A DNA stretch of 63,979 nucleotides, filler included, from Diploschistes diacapsis (taxonomy: Eukaryota), in the NCBI GenBank assembly GCA_023645945.1. It is 4 parts of 4 records of this genome, joined end to end, with 100 filler letters (N's around TTAATTAATTAA, not from the genome) between each part and the next. Parts side by side here need not be neighbours in the genome. Positions count along the whole stretch, not along the records: positions 1 to 16,230 come from JALAIB010000518.1; 3 more parts are not named here. The stretch is one strand, 5' to 3'. The position numbers and the translations under genes were made by a program. This document shows positions 1-10,375 of this stretch, one piece after another (the stretch's first letter is position 1; every line of letters begins with the position of its first letter). The notes below the pieces were generated by a model. That model was not told where the DNA came from. It ran no database searches and saw only the letters and a program-made list of their open reading frames with translations.

Positions 1-28
1 AAATGGAGGAGGGGGTGGGGAGCCATAC

Positions 29-253
29 GGCTTCGTCGATTTCCTCGCGCTGCTCCTGCGTCAGCTGATCGAGCTGCGATGCGCTCTCCCGTTCCAGGCG
101 CTCTCGTTCGAGACGCTCGCGCTCGCGGTCCGCGCGCTGGGCGTCTCTTTGTTGTTGGGTGGTGGTGGTGGACATGCCGAAGGCCGTGGGGCGGTCGGGG
201 AGGGCGGTTTTGAGGGTGCGCGTGAAGGGTGGGTGCGAGGTTGTGGTCGCCAT
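29..253 (-). CDS. CDC31: Centrin (Cdc31), first exon only; gene runs off the window start
   Basis: Manual translation from ATG 253: MATTTSHPPFTRTLKTALPDRPTAFG...QRDAQRADRERERLERERLERESASQLDQLTQEQREEIDEA, then donor GTATGG at 28. This matches the N-terminal extension and the start of EF-hand 1 (L.EEQREEI.EA-F) of filamentous-ascomycete centrin. Not in the ORF track because no stop is reached. Confidence 0.85.
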
Positions 254-929
254 CTCGATGCGTTCCAGGGGCCGGTGTGCGATGGGCGGTCGAGTAGAGG
301 GTTGAGGTTGTGGGTTGTACGGTCTTTGTGATTTCGTGTTTGATGGTGTATAGGTGTTGTGGGGTTGGGCGTTACCAGGGTTACTGGGGCTACCTGGTAA
401 TGCGGTGATTGAGACAGAGACGCGAGATTGAAGATCTCGCTCTTCTCTTAGGAATTGAATGGTATGGCTATTGGATTATGCTCTTGTGTTGAAGACAAAG
501 TAGCTTGGCCAAAACACCAAGAAACCTAGCTGTTTCCGGTTTTCCAATTCCCCACAGGAGCTGCACGATTGCCAGATGTAACCTACAAGAAGAATGCAAG
601 GCCAAGTTATGGCAAGACAAATCAGACATCCAAAAGCCCTGTGATGCCATGAATTTAAATTCTTTATCTTCATGACCAAGTTACGATCTTTGCTGAGCTA
701 TGAGGATTTCTTCTCTTTACATTAGCTTCGAAGCTATGAGTTAGAATATTGTTGGGTATCGATGAGTGACGAGAAGGTTGCTACCCCAAAATTTATACCT
801 CTTTGAACCTTTCAAATCGCCATAGTATTACATCTTGTGCATTTCTTTCCCCGGAGTTTCATTGCTGATTCTGTATATCGCCCATTTTGTGTTGAGTTAT
901 TCCCCGCTGAACCCAATGAGGCCGAGCGC

Positions 930-1930
930 TCAACCTACGCGCCGTTTGACGAAGAAGAAATAGATATACGCGACGATAGTTACTGGGACACGAAAGTACC
1001 ACCCTATCTGCTGGACGTTACAGATTACAAAGCTCTTGACAATGTTGCGCGGCGCTCCCGGGTTGTAGTACAAGTCGTCGAGGGGCAGCCAGGCGAGCTG
1101 CTGGATGGGCGCAGTCCGCGTGCGCATCTCGAACTGCGCAACGTATGGGGCCAGCCCATCACGACCCTTGGCAACCTCGGCAGCAAGGGCTTTTGTGATA
1201 ATTACCGCCAGCTCACAGGCATCAGTCATAGCACAGTTGACACCCTTGCTAGCAAACGGGGACATCAAGTGCACCGCGTTATCAATGACGGTGAAGCTAG
1301 CTTTGTTTTCCCACGCTATGCCTATCGGCAACTGGTACAAGACGCGCGGCTCGATCGACGCGGGATTTACGGCGTCAATTACTGCGTGATATTCGGCCGC
1401 CCACTCGCGGTACTCACGGTGCAGAGCCTCCCTAATGGCGGTCGGGTCATTGAGGTCGTAATCTTTGGTCCAGTCTACGGCGCACGCATGTCAGAAGCCT
1501 GCAGCGATGCTGCAGTCGCCCAGTTGCTGACGGCCAAAAGATAGGCCGTCGCCAATGCCTATCCACGATCCTTTGTTGGTGACTCTGTGAATCCACAGCC
1601 GGTCGTCCGCGGCGTTGGGAATTCGCCCCTCAAACCCGCCGATGCTTGCGCAAGTAGGCATCTCGTCCGTCAGCATCTTGCGGATCTTGATCCAGGCGCC
1701 GTCGGGGCCGATAAAGAGGTCGAAGCTGCCAGCTGTGCCTATAGCGAAATCCAGTGCACGGTCGGCATCAACGCTCTTTATGTGGTGACTTTAGCGCATC
1801 GTGCAGTTCTCTGAGAGCGGCTTCGCCAAAATTTCGCGCAGGCGTGCGCGGTCAATCTCAGGCCGGCCACTCGAATCCTTGCTAGATGTGGCGCCGTCGA
1901 GGGTGAGATAGCGCTTGTTGTCAAACTTTA
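930..1930 (-). pseudogene. TetX-like / aromatic-hydroxylase-type FAD-dependent monooxygenase relic, 5'-truncated
   Basis: One reading frame carries GRPEIDRARLREIL, FDLFIGPDGAWIKIR (DG motif), NKGSWIGIGDG..QQLGDCSI and TVIDNAVHLMSPFASKGVNCAMTDA (degenerate GDAAH..PFAGEGVN). In-frame stops at 1791-1793 (TAA) and 1491-1493 (TGA). No N-terminal GxGxxG exon visible. Confidence 0.85.
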
Positions 1931-1940
1931 ATCGGCTTCG

Positions 1941-2020
1941 CTGCTTTCGGATTCGAAAGCAGTAGATGCGAAAGCAGTAGTAAAAGTAGTAGGTTTGAAA
2001 ATAGAGGCGAAAGCAGTTAG
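1941..2020. repeat. 9-bp hairpin plus degenerate CGAAAGCAGTAG direct repeats
   Basis: CTGCTTTCG-GATT-CGAAAGCAG (1941-1962), followed by copies at about 1969, 1981 (TAAAAGTAGTAG), 1996 and 2008. Confidence 0.7.
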
Positions 2021-2176
2021 ATATTAGATGCGACATGATAATTAAGTTCAGTTCAACGACCAATCAAAAGCTTTAGATTTTCGGAATCAGCGCAGCCAAT
2101 CAGTGTCCTTATTCTAAATCTTATTTATGTGTCTTCGTCTGCCCTATCATACTTGACTGAACAGAATTTCATCATC

Positions 2177-3575
2177 ATGGTAGCTATGCTGCAAATCTCA
2201 GGCCCTTCTTCCACGAAGAATGCATTGGTGAAGTTAACAATCGTCTTTGTGCTCTGGAAGCTGCTCTTATTTGTGGTTGCAATTGCTAGTCCCGGCGACG
2301 GATATGACACATCAACCACTCTGCTTAGCCCAACAAAACCCGGTCTCGTTGGCAAGTTTGTCAGATGGGACGCAATATATTTCACTCGAATAGCGCAGAG
2401 AAACTATGTATTTGAACAGGAATGGGCCTTTGGCTGGGGGTACACTCGTTTGTTGCGTATCGCCGCAAAGTGTATAGCCACATCTGGTGCTAGCGATGAA
2501 AGCCAATTCCCTGGAGTGGAGGCATGGGTGGGAGTCGTGATCTCGCATGTCGCCCATCTGTTTTCTGCATTCATTTTGCATTATCTAGCCAGTGTTCTGT
2601 TGAAGAATCATCCGAGTCGAAATCGAATTGCTTTCATAGGATCCTGTCTCCATATACTATCTCCCGCGGGCCTTTTCCTCTCTGCGCCTTACGGAGAACC
2701 CCTGTTTGCTTGTTTCAATTTTCTGGCTTACTATCTCTTTGCGCGAGCGCTACTATGGCAGGCAGAATCTAAGTTTTGGAGACATGACACGGCCATCTTA
2801 TTCTCCGGCTTCTTTGTTGCTGTTGCAACAACTGTGCGGAGCAACGGGCTTATGAGCGGCCTCTTATTCGCCTGTGAAGCATTGCACGATGGCGTTGCCA
2901 TCATCAAGTCAGGTCTAGGCTACGAGAAGGCGCGCAAACTCGCAGTAACTCTAATCAGCGGAATACTTGTCTCTAGCGGAAGTATATTGCCGCAGTATCT
3001 CGCGTACCAGCAGTTTTGCCTTGAAGATGTTCCAGATGCAGTTCTACGTCCGTGGTGTGATCGTATGCCACCGAGCATCTACAACTTTGTTCAGAGCTAT
3101 TACTGGTTAGTGGGCCTTTACAAGGACTCTACTTCCAAGCTAACAACCTAGGAATACTGGCTTCCTGAGATACTGGACTCTATCAAACTTGCCCTTATTT
3201 CTTCTAGCAATACCTTCCATCCTTCTTTTCTTGAAATCATCCATGTGGACTTTGAGTGTCCAGCAATCGATTATCCGCACTAAAGAGACACGCGACGCTT
3301 ACAGCATTCCAACCGTTCGGTCTTTACGTGCCTTCGCAATAACACAGGCGCTTCTCTGTCTGGTGATCGTCTTCAATTATCACGTTCAGATTTTAACGCG
3401 CCTATCCTCGGGATATCCTCTATGGTACCTCTGGCTGGCTTATACCGTTGTGGAGGATAGCAAGGACTACAATGAAACTGCGAAGCCGAAATTAGCCAAA
3501 GCCACATTTCGATGGATGATTATATACAGCATCATCCAAGGGGGATTGTTTGCAAGTTTCTTGCCACCAGCTTAA
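2177..3575 (+). CDS. GPI18: GPI mannosyltransferase 2 (PIG-V); 2 exons, intron 3106-3151
   Basis: YDTST, RWDAIYF, FEQEWAF, SPAGLFLSAPYGE and VRSNG motifs. Splicing GTTAGT..GCTAAC..TAG restores VQSYYW-NTGFLRYWTLSNLPLF. Also HVQILTRLSSGYP and C-terminal FASFLPPA. Confidence 0.95.
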
Positions 3576-4341
3576 GCTCGACATCAGTCTTATGCGGCTG
3601 TGTATGTAGTTGCAGATACCGAATTAGTACTTTAAGGAACGTCTACATTGGTCACTAGTGCGCTGTGGCAACCGAAAAGCTCTTGAGATTACTTGATCAA
3701 CATAGCCGTAATAAAGCGCAAGCCTCTGTACCTTTAACTAAGAGCATCATCATATTCGGACGAATTCCAGTAAGATCGAAACGTGTCTGGGTCCTCAATG
3801 ATAGGTGATACTGCGCTTGCGTAAAGTACTGGAAGCCTGATCGAGCCTCAACCCGTTTAAAGCTCGAGGCTCTGAGCTGCCTATAGCCTTGCTAATATTC
3901 TACAAACCGCAACATTAAGCTCCCATAACTTGCTTTCTTTCGTTCGGTTTACCTTTCGTTCGGATTTACTCTCTGGACACGGTGTGCAAAGAAGAAGTGC
4001 CTCCGGCGTTGGTAGATAAAACTCCTCCCTACCTAGACGGGCTCTCGTAATCGAAGCCACTACAAAACTAGTTTCGCAACCTACATGTTGTTCGATCCCT
4101 ACCTCGCATATTTTCAAAGCGCAGGTAAGCAGATGTCTCGACGTGCTTGAGGAACGGTTGACATTTCCTGGAGTTCCCAAGGCTAACCTTATGACCAAAC
4201 ATAGGCTCTTAGATCTTCCGTCGCATCCCCTCTCCCTTAGTGTTGACGTTGAAGCTCGACATAGAACTTGAACAAGGGACCGCTAGGCGCCCTTTTCCAT
4301 GACCTTGAAGAGGTCCATAGTGATACTCTCGGTACGGAGAT

Positions 4342-7300
4342 ATGAGTGAGGGAAGATTAACTGAGTTATTGGCGGAGCTTGATGGAATAAGAGACAATGA
4401 TATCTCACGGGCAACATCTCCAGGTGGTGACCCTTCAAACCAGGAGAACCGGAAGACGGCGCGGAATAGGCCGCGAACTTTCCCATACTTTAGATGTTTA
4501 CCGTATGAAGTCGAGGACAATGCCGTTGTTCAGGGCCATCTTTCGGAGATTCTGAAGAACCTCTACATCTCTATTGAAGCAGGAGATTTTGCGCCTGGCG
4601 CCGTACACCGGACAAGAGAACTCAGAAGCTGGCTAGGCCTAAAGTTTGACCTACCAAAAGAGCAACGGATAAAGCTTGTTAAGCTGTACTACGAGCTTTC
4701 GCTAGCTCCAGGCATCGATGCTACGGTCTCTGAGAGATTCGCCAGCATGTTCATGGTCTTGACCAAGTACGTTTCCTACAACACCCTTCATGCTGTAAAT
4801 ACTGACTGTGCTCAGACGGAAACACTATATCAAGCCGGTCAAAGATCTAACATTAGACTGGAGGCCGTTGTTTCGAGAGCTGAAAGTGTTTGTCCTGCCA
4901 TCCGAGTCCGGCTTAGTTCAAGCAACAGTCGTTAAAAGAAATGTTCGCACTTTAGTCAAATTGAGCACTTTCGCTCAGCTATACTGCGATCCAAAGGAAA
5001 TCCCGGCCATGTTGCAAGAGTTTTTGCCCTACTACAACACTTCTTTCGTCGAGGGAGCTTTTGTTGTCGTGGGCTTACTGAACCTTTTGTTTCCAACGTC
5101 TGCTCCCACTCCTGAAGACGAAAATCTACTACCGCAACGATATCTGCCCACATTCTTCCACCTGTGGTCCCTTGTCAATCGTGCCAGGATACTAGACCAA
5201 CAGTTCATTGATACCTTCTCCAGGCTGGCCAGAGATGCGTTACCTGCTAAGCACGTACCATTTTCGGCCTACGGAATTTTTACACAGGAGCAGTCAGCTC
5301 TGATCTTCACAGCCATATTCCGAATGTTGGAGATTCCGGTGGGTCAAGCTCATTCGCCATACAGCACTACCGTCGATGGTAGCTCGGGCCTTGGCGCGAT
5401 CATAGAACGCGATTCGAAGAAGCATCCCATCGGGCACCAGATCGCGAGGTGGATTATTATGTCTCTCTCACCAGCGTGCCTGGATAAGCCAGATTCGATC
5501 CTGGCAAATCTGGAGGGGCTCATACAAGCCGTGGAGACCTTCTTCCACCCTTCTAATTCTGGGACTTGGACGAAGCTGCTCGCTCAATTGGTATACTACC
5601 TTGCAGACTTTTTCGTCATGCGATGGAATCGAGAAAAAAGTGGAGAGATGGATATTCCAGAAGAGCGGAGACTCAACGGTGAGCTTAAACGACGTTTTGT
5701 ATTATGCCTACGTGAAGTAATATTCATGGGCATCTATTCCAAGAGCGGCACTGCCATGAACTTCTCTCTATCGACCCTGCAGAGCCTCGCGTATCTTGAA
5801 CCAGAGCTTATCATACCAGGAGCTCTGCAACGCATTTACCCGTCCATGCAGGGTTTGGTTGAAGTCCATCGCACTACATCCTCCCTCCGAGCATTGCAGA
5901 TACTATCTCGCATCATGGTGCGATCAAAAGGCTACCGGTGTCACGTCACCACCATGCTGGGACTAGCTCTTCCTGGCATAGATGCAAATGATCTTGACAA
6001 AACCCTTTACACATTGTCATACCTTCAATCAGTATGCTACAACATTCCATTACATGACCTTACAGAGGGTCAGGACCAACTAAGCGGTAGTATGCTTGCA
6101 ATGGACTGGATAACCTCTGAAGTGATACGCATGGAACAAGCAGGCGCGAATCTAGAGCTTGACTATGCAAATACTCTAAGTGATGCAGATGAAGAGATGA
6201 TCCTTCGATCATCGACAGCGAGCTTTGCGGAATTCCTAAGCTCCTTTCTTGGCAGAGTCTTTACGCTACTAGAAAATCTTCCCGACGCCGCTAGACTACG
6301 CTCTGGTTCGCCAGAAGAGAATGTGATTAACACCTTGCCTGCTACTTTCACGCCTCTCCTTGCATCGCTGTCGCCCGAATTGTACGACCTCGCCCTCAAC
6401 AAGGTTTTGGAATTCGTTTCAAACCACGTCATTCACCAAGCCCGGGATGCTATGGCTTTCATCTGCAACTCTTTATGCAAGGTGTCCCCAGATAAGGCTC
6501 TCAAAAAATTCATTCCTATGCTAATAAGCTCCATTCGGACGGAGATCGAAGTTAATGGTGCCGCCTCGACTCGGAATACGGGCACGGAAGTGCTCCCGCG
6601 AGATCGCGGACTTGTATGGAGCATTAGCATGCTCGGGATGTGCGTCGTTCATGTCGGAGACGCCGTTGTCCCTTATAAGCAAGAGCTTCTTGACGTTGCA
6701 GTCTACATGCAGCAAAAGTGCCAAGGGACGCCAACTGTACATGTATCCAACTTCATCCACCACTTACTGTTGAACATTACGGGCATTTATACAACCGACT
6801 ACTCCATATTCGAGCCGAGCGACCGGGAGAGAGGAATTGGACCAAACGATTGGGGGAAGTTTGCGAAGCCAGACGAAATAACCATCAAATGGCATGTGCC
6901 CAGCCAAGCGGAGATCGATTTCGCAATCGAGCTCTTGAGGTCGCAAGGCATGTCAGCAATAGGTTCTCTGAGGAGTCTCATTGACGGAACATCGTCTATC
7001 AAAAGGGATGGAAGTGGCAAATCTTGGTCAGATGAAGTCTCCAGAAATCTGGTTCTATTGAGACTTCTCCTTGCTGGAGTTTCCGTTTTCTTCGACTCGA
7101 AAGCTCTGAACGCGCCGGAGGATGGGGAACCAAATTCCCAAGCAAATGGCGACATTGAAATGTCGTATGCGAATGGAGGTCCCCCAGAAGCGTCAAAAGA
7201 GGAGGGGCCGGATGATTTGACTGCAAACGAAGAGAGTGAGGTTCGTCCAACGTTCAAATACACAGATGGCTATGTTTTGGAACGCGAAGGCGAAGCCTAC

Positions 7301-10300
7301 ATTGAGGTGCATCGGTTGCGAAAACAGATCGGCATTCTCTTGCACGAAGTGCATGACTTCCTCATTCGAAATCAGGAGGACGATGTAGCATGTTTCAGCC
7401 CGCTCTACACTGCTTACAAGTCTTGGTTCATCGACGTTGGGATCGAAAAGTCCGCCCACGTTTTGGACCGGGTGACCCGACTGTTCACTGCCGACATCCA
7501 TCCGTACAAGGTGAGCGGCTTGAGGAAAGAATATCCGAGATCGTTATTGTTAAGGAGAGCCAACGTCTATCACGTACAACGCCTACGACATAATGCATCA
7601 CCTCGAGAAGCAACGGACCTAGAAAAAAGTCTGCTCCTTGATCTTGCGCATTCCAGTGTATCATCCTATACCGAGGTCCGCCGAAACGCTCAGAACGCGA
7701 TAGAGTCTGCCTCCAGGGTCATAATAGGTGCACGCCCCCTTTTGATACCGCCCATACTTCAAGCATTCGAATCGGGCGTTAAGGAGTCCGACCTTGGTCG
7801 CATCAAAGGTGCTATCTACACACTTCTGTACAGTAGCCTGGCGAAAACAATCGGCCGTGACTGGCGATATGCCCCCACGATGATTCGGACATATCTGGCT
7901 GCTTGCGAAGTGGATAGACCTTCGGTTCAGAAGCTTTGCGCGACCGGTACCATCCAAATCATGGAATTCGGACGATCCGGAGAGCGCATTGCTATCCTAG
8001 ATCGAGATATCGTACAAGAAATAGCTCCAGCTGAGGGCGACGTTGAAAGCTTGATCAGCAACAAGCGAGATAAGGTCAGAAAAAAACGAGCTGCCATGGA
8101 GGCCAAGAAAGCCAAACTTACTGAGGAGCTTGTGGACATGACCCGGCAGGCCCATTGGAAGATAGCAAGTCGTACCGCAGCAATCGTTGTCACTCTAGGC
8201 TTTAGATTTGAGACGCTCGCCTCAGATAATCTGATCAATCTGCTCGTCAAAGGTACGATCGACAGCCATCCGGGACTGCGCGGTCTTTACTCCGGCGCTT
8301 TGGTGGCCCTGTTCTCGTTACTGGGCACTCGCATTGCTTGTGAGCATAAATACGAGAATTACATTCTCGACAAACAGAAAATCCTCGGCAAAATTGAGGT
8401 GAGTACGAAGGCTAATCAACATGGCTGGACGGAAGAACATCTTGCTAGCTTTGCTCGCCCAGAAACAGCGTATTACGTGGACCACGAGTACCCTGGATGG
8501 CTTGTATGGAGCGACAAGATGCCAGCATATCAGTCAGATATCCGGGAAACGGAAGACCTTGACGGCGAAGAAAAGCGCGTCGTGCAAGCGATTGGATCTC
8601 AGCTTGATAAGGATTGGTTCAAAGCTCTGTTCCGGTATCTTCTTCAAGAACCGCGCGACTCTGGAGCGGACAGATTTCGGGTTGCAAGTGCGATGATGCT
8701 CGGCTATGCCTTCGATCTGATGCATGACGGTCACGCCGCCGTCACGCTAGAGGAAATGAAGGAAGAAATACTAGCTGTGTTTGGAGATGGCAGCGATAAG
8801 CACAAGCATCGCGCCACCTCAGAAATACTCGGCGGCCTTTTGGGCTCTAGCCTCGATAAGAGTATGGAAGTACGGTCGAAGCTTTGGGAATTCTGCATGC
8901 CCTTGGTGTTGAAGATCTTCAACGATGGGTTGACCCCTGAAAATTCAGGCTACTGGACTACCTTTTTGCACCTTCTGCTGCAGGGCAAGGACCCTCGACG
9001 GTCATGGCCGCTTGTCGAGTGGCTTGCGGACTTCAGGCTAGACATGTCGTCGAATGCAGCCTTCAAAGAAAGCTCGAAGGTGATGCTTCTTCAACAATGT
9101 ATTGCAGACTCTGGTTGGCATTTTCAGCTGGAGAAGCCGATCCTAGCAAACTTCATCGACCACATCGATCACCCTTACAAGGGCGTACGTGATGCCGTTG
9201 GTCAAACTTTATCTGCAATCTACCGCACCCGGTACCACGAATCATACAAGGACGTACAAAGTCTAATGGAAGCTCAACGCAACGCCTCCTCCATCGGCCT
9301 CAGGCCGTATGCCTTAACGGATGACATTTCTGCCACCATCAACGATGTGTTCACCCGTCTGGAGACCTGGCGCAAGGAGCGAAGCCCCGGCCAGCAGACC
9401 CCCTCCTCCTACACTTCCGGCTCCAAGACCGTCCTTCTCTGGCTTGACTCAACCCTCTCCTCGCACGAATGCACCCAACTCGTCCCCTTCTTACCCACCA
9501 CCTTCATGGAAGCCCTCCTGCACATGATGGACATCAAAGAAGACCAAGAACTCCAGTCCCTGGCCTACCACGTCTTCCGGCACATTCCCAACATCCCCCT
9601 TCGCGAGGGCGAAGACGCCGAGCTCATCTCGTCCCTCATCCGCATCGGCACCTCCAGCCCCCTGTGGCACCAGCGGCTCCGCGTCCTCATCAACATGCAG
9701 GTCCTCTACTTCCGCCGTCTCTTCCTTATGTCCACAGCACAACAGCGAGCCCTGTTCGATTGCGTCGCGGATATGCTCCTGGACTCGCAGCACGAGGTGC
9801 GCCAGGGCGCGATGACCACCCTCTCGGGCATGATCCGCTGTTCGCGCGTGGCTTTCCGCGAGGACATGGTCGGCACGCTCAACGGGAAATTCACGAAGAT
9901 GCTGCTCGACAATCCGCTGCCGAAGAAGAAGCAGACGCGCGCCGCACAGCTGACTTCTGCCGGAGGAGGACAGGCAGGCTCGGCGCCCAGCACCGGCGCG
10001 AGCACGCCGACGCCGGAACACACCCGCCTCGTGCTGACCAGGCACGCCGCCGTCCTCGGCCTCGGCGCGCTGGTGCAGGCGTTCCCCTACACGAGCCCGC
10101 CGCCGGACTGGATCCCGGGCGTGCTGACTACGTTGGCGAACAAAGCCAATTCGGACCCCGGGGTGGTGGGCAAGAGCGTGAAGAGCATTCTGAGCGATTT
10201 CAAGAAGACGAGGCAGGATACGTGGCAGATGGATTTGAAGGTTTGTTTATTCTGTCCACTTCTCGTGATCTTCGTACAGAGAGCGATATTTGCTAACTTT

Positions 10301-10375
10301 TCTACTTTGCAGGCATTCTCGCCGGAGCAGGTGGAGGACTTGGAGGGCGTGCTGTGGAAGAGTTACTTTGCCTAG
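4342..10375 (+). CDS. BLM10: Proteasome activator Blm10/PA200; join(4342..4766,4816..10240,10313..10375)
   Basis: Very large HEAT-type protein with FFHPSNSG.W, LPGIDANDL.KT, RHAAVLGLGALV.AFPY and FKKTRQDTW; C-terminal SYFA (HbYX-type motif). Introns 4767-4815 and 10241-10312 have canonical signals. Confidence 0.96.

Noticed and set aside
837..1544. 235-aa plus-strand ORF
   Set aside because: Antisense shadow of the monooxygenase relic; GTG start and no recognisable motifs.
9469..10296. 275-aa alternative-frame ORF and antisense ORFs inside the BLM10 3' end
   Set aside because: By-product of the local GC-rich island, which depletes stop codons; low-complexity R/P/G translation.
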